Below, piece after piece: positions 61,393 through 64,000 of a DNA stretch of 64,000 bases. How positions within the stretch are numbered: position 1 is the first letter of the stretch; each line of letters starts with the position of its first letter. The position numbers were made by a program, and so were the translations under genes. Origin of the DNA: Octopus vulgaris (lineage: Eukaryota); the NCBI GenBank assembly GCA_951406725.2, contig OX597819.1, forward strand, positions 30,752,001 to 30,816,000. Direction: 5' to 3'. Under the pieces are notes generated by a model. The model saw nothing but the letters and a program-made list of their open reading frames with translations. It was not told the origin of the DNA and ran no database searches.

Positions 61393-63082
61393 CACACACA
61401 CACACGTATGTATGTATGAATGTATGTATTTATGTAGTAGAGGTAAATACGTTGTCATATACTAATTTTGTCAAATTTGCTGTTTTTAAACAAAAGAAAT
61501 AATGGGAGATGTCGTTTCTGAGAATATTTTCAAAATTTATTTTATAGACTTTTCTTTCTTGAGTTTAAAATATATATTTCCATATTTTCAAAGATCCTCA
61601 TTTTGGAATGTAAGATATTTGTGAAAGTATAATCCACTGTTGTCGGTTAAGTACGGTCATTGGTTTGCATAGTGACAAGGCCAATTTTTGCAAGGGTATG
61701 GTTTAAATGATTGAAGTTATTTCCAATTTTGTACATAAAAAAGGCAAAGTTGGACAGCAGAAGTTGGTATTAGGTAATAGAGCTAAGGCTAAAAAATAGT
61801 GTAATGGCCTTTAGTTCATGTCTTCTGTTTTTGCCAACTCACCAACAAAATTAACTACAGATATTGAAAAATTCTGTTAAACTTTAAGAAATGGTAACTT
61901 TTATTAGCCAGACAAATCAAATACTCACAGTCAAGGCAGAAATCTGTATTAAAAATTAGCCCTTTAACTTTGAAATTAAATTTCATGGCTAGTCCAGGAA
62001 TGATGTTAAATATCTACCAAAATTAGAATTGGTATTTTCTGCAAGTTTTGCTGCCACAATAAACTTAACACATCCCACAAAAAAATAGTTTCAAACATGA
62101 CATTCCTAAATAAAAGATAGATTGGTATATATAAAATTGCTTTCTGCAGTTAAAGGTAATGAAATTTTGAGTGAATATATCTGATTTTTGCAGTAAAAGA
62201 GTTAAACTAATTCAATGACTAAAGAAATACAATAAATCACAAAACAGTGTCTAATTGAAGGACTGAAAAACTACAATTAATTATGAAACCGGATGCTACA
62301 CTTCAATGAACATTATGATACATCTGCGATAAATAGTAAGATTTGAAAGTTCAGCTGCTTCATTTGACACCTTTCGTCAACAATTTTTTTATTCATAAAG
62401 CAATAATTAGAAGGATTTGTGGCTGTCATGAAACCCATATTGTCAAATTTCAAAGCTTCATGTCTAGACATGAAAATTAAACCTAACAACAGTAGGCCGA
62501 TACTGGCCAGGAAAGCTGCAAATTTTTGTGGTTTGTTATCACTGTACAAGATAAAAAAAATATAACAATAAATATTAATTTCTTAAATTTGTTAAAAAGG
62601 GAAGGGAGTTAATCATGCTAGGCATTCTATTGACTCTCAGATATGAAAGACTGTGAACTAAACTAAATGCTTTGATTCAATTAGTTTTGGTATATACCAT
62701 TTCTGTCACTCCAGCAAATTAGATAATGATTTCAAATAATTAGACATGATGATATAGCAGGTATGGGGAATAATATGTCAAAAAGCTGTTTATTTTAAGT
62801 GACCATGATGACTTAGAGATAAGAAGAGGGGGAGAAATGTTGATAAAAAAATATAATTTTATTTCAAACAACCTTTTCTCTTCTCTCACCTCAAATCACC
62901 AAGAAATCAATCATTTTGTATAATTCCCAATAACCTTCTTGGCTTCACCCTCAATGTTCCTCTTCCAATTGGTAAGGAAATCTGCTGTTGTCTTCAGAAG
63001 GTTTCTAGTTTAAAAGGTTTTATGCAGACGTAAGTGTAATTATGAGAACATGCAATGTATCAATGTCATACATGTGTGTGTA

Positions 63083-63140
<58 letters not shown>

Positions 63141-64000
63141 CACACATGTGTATTGATGGTGAACACATCATATACCTTTAATGATATAAAAGAGTGGAAT
63201 AAAACTTCAGCATACACCCAATTCATATTGTAATATAAAACATTTTAACCCCTCCCCACATACACACACACATACACATACACCTTTTTTTTTGTGTCTC
63301 TCTTGGTAACAAGACTGTTGTTCATAAGCAGGACATTAATAGCAAAGATGAATGGTAAGAACTTGAAATCATGATATTTTTAATTCTTACACCTTCAGAA
63401 ACAGAACAAATAAAAATACAGTTTCACTTTTATTGTTTGTTAAATTATGCTCCCAAAACTCAAGATATTATTTACAGATGCATTATATTGTGTACATCTA
63501 TTGCAGTAAGTCATAAATACATTCAACAAATATATATATATATTTAACATGAAAGAAAAGAAAAAAAAAACAATTGGTAAAAATTTGGTAAAATTGCACT
63601 TGGTAACATTAACATGTGTGTATATGTATTTATGGATATGTGTGTGTGTGTGTGTTCAGGATGTGCTATGTGCTGTCTGCGAAAGTCATGAAATAGCAAT
63701 TATATTTGTTTAAGTAAGTTAATTACCTATTTGTAATAGATTACTTCCTAATAATATAAAATGCTTTACACACACACACATACATACACACTCTCTGAGT
63801 CATGCACAAAATCTCTTTTACTAATATTTGACAAGCAAGACTGTTTTTCATGATTTTATCATATCAGCATTGTGTCATTGTCTTTACTTGAACCATACAG
63901 CAATGACATCTGGTGATTTCTCTCCAGGTCATCTTTTAAGTAGAGTAAAATTTTGTGAGGTAAAACAGATATCTGTTTTGCTTTTTTTTTTTTGTCTGCC

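Overview
Eukaryotic, AT-rich, repeat-dense genomic DNA. The SINE families, RTE tails and (TA)n/(CA)n microsatellites look like those of an octopus genome (inference, not confirmed by search). Three protein-coding genes can be read from splice signals and motifs. (1) The first coding exon of a membrane-anchored FkbM/Methyltransf_21-type methyltransferase (minus, 4098-4612). (2) A complete RPUSD4 mitochondrial RNA pseudouridine synthase (plus, 9 coding exons, 13037-29404, about 625 aa), with a long N-terminal extension and a probable first exon near 4800-5006, head-to-head with gene 1. (3) A complete MNAT1/MAT1 (minus, 8 exons, 51191-32642, 304 aa). Introns and intergenic DNA hold a degenerate Gypsy element, Helitrons, mariner elements, MITEs, RTE and Tx1-like LINE 3' ends and several tRNA-derived SINE families. 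The most notable unexplained signal is a set of type I hammerhead-ribozyme motifs in short, palindromic, mostly (TA)n-associated Penelope-like remnants: three with essentially intact cores, one split by an insertion, and several degenerate. All coordinates were counted by hand; no searches or folding programs were run.
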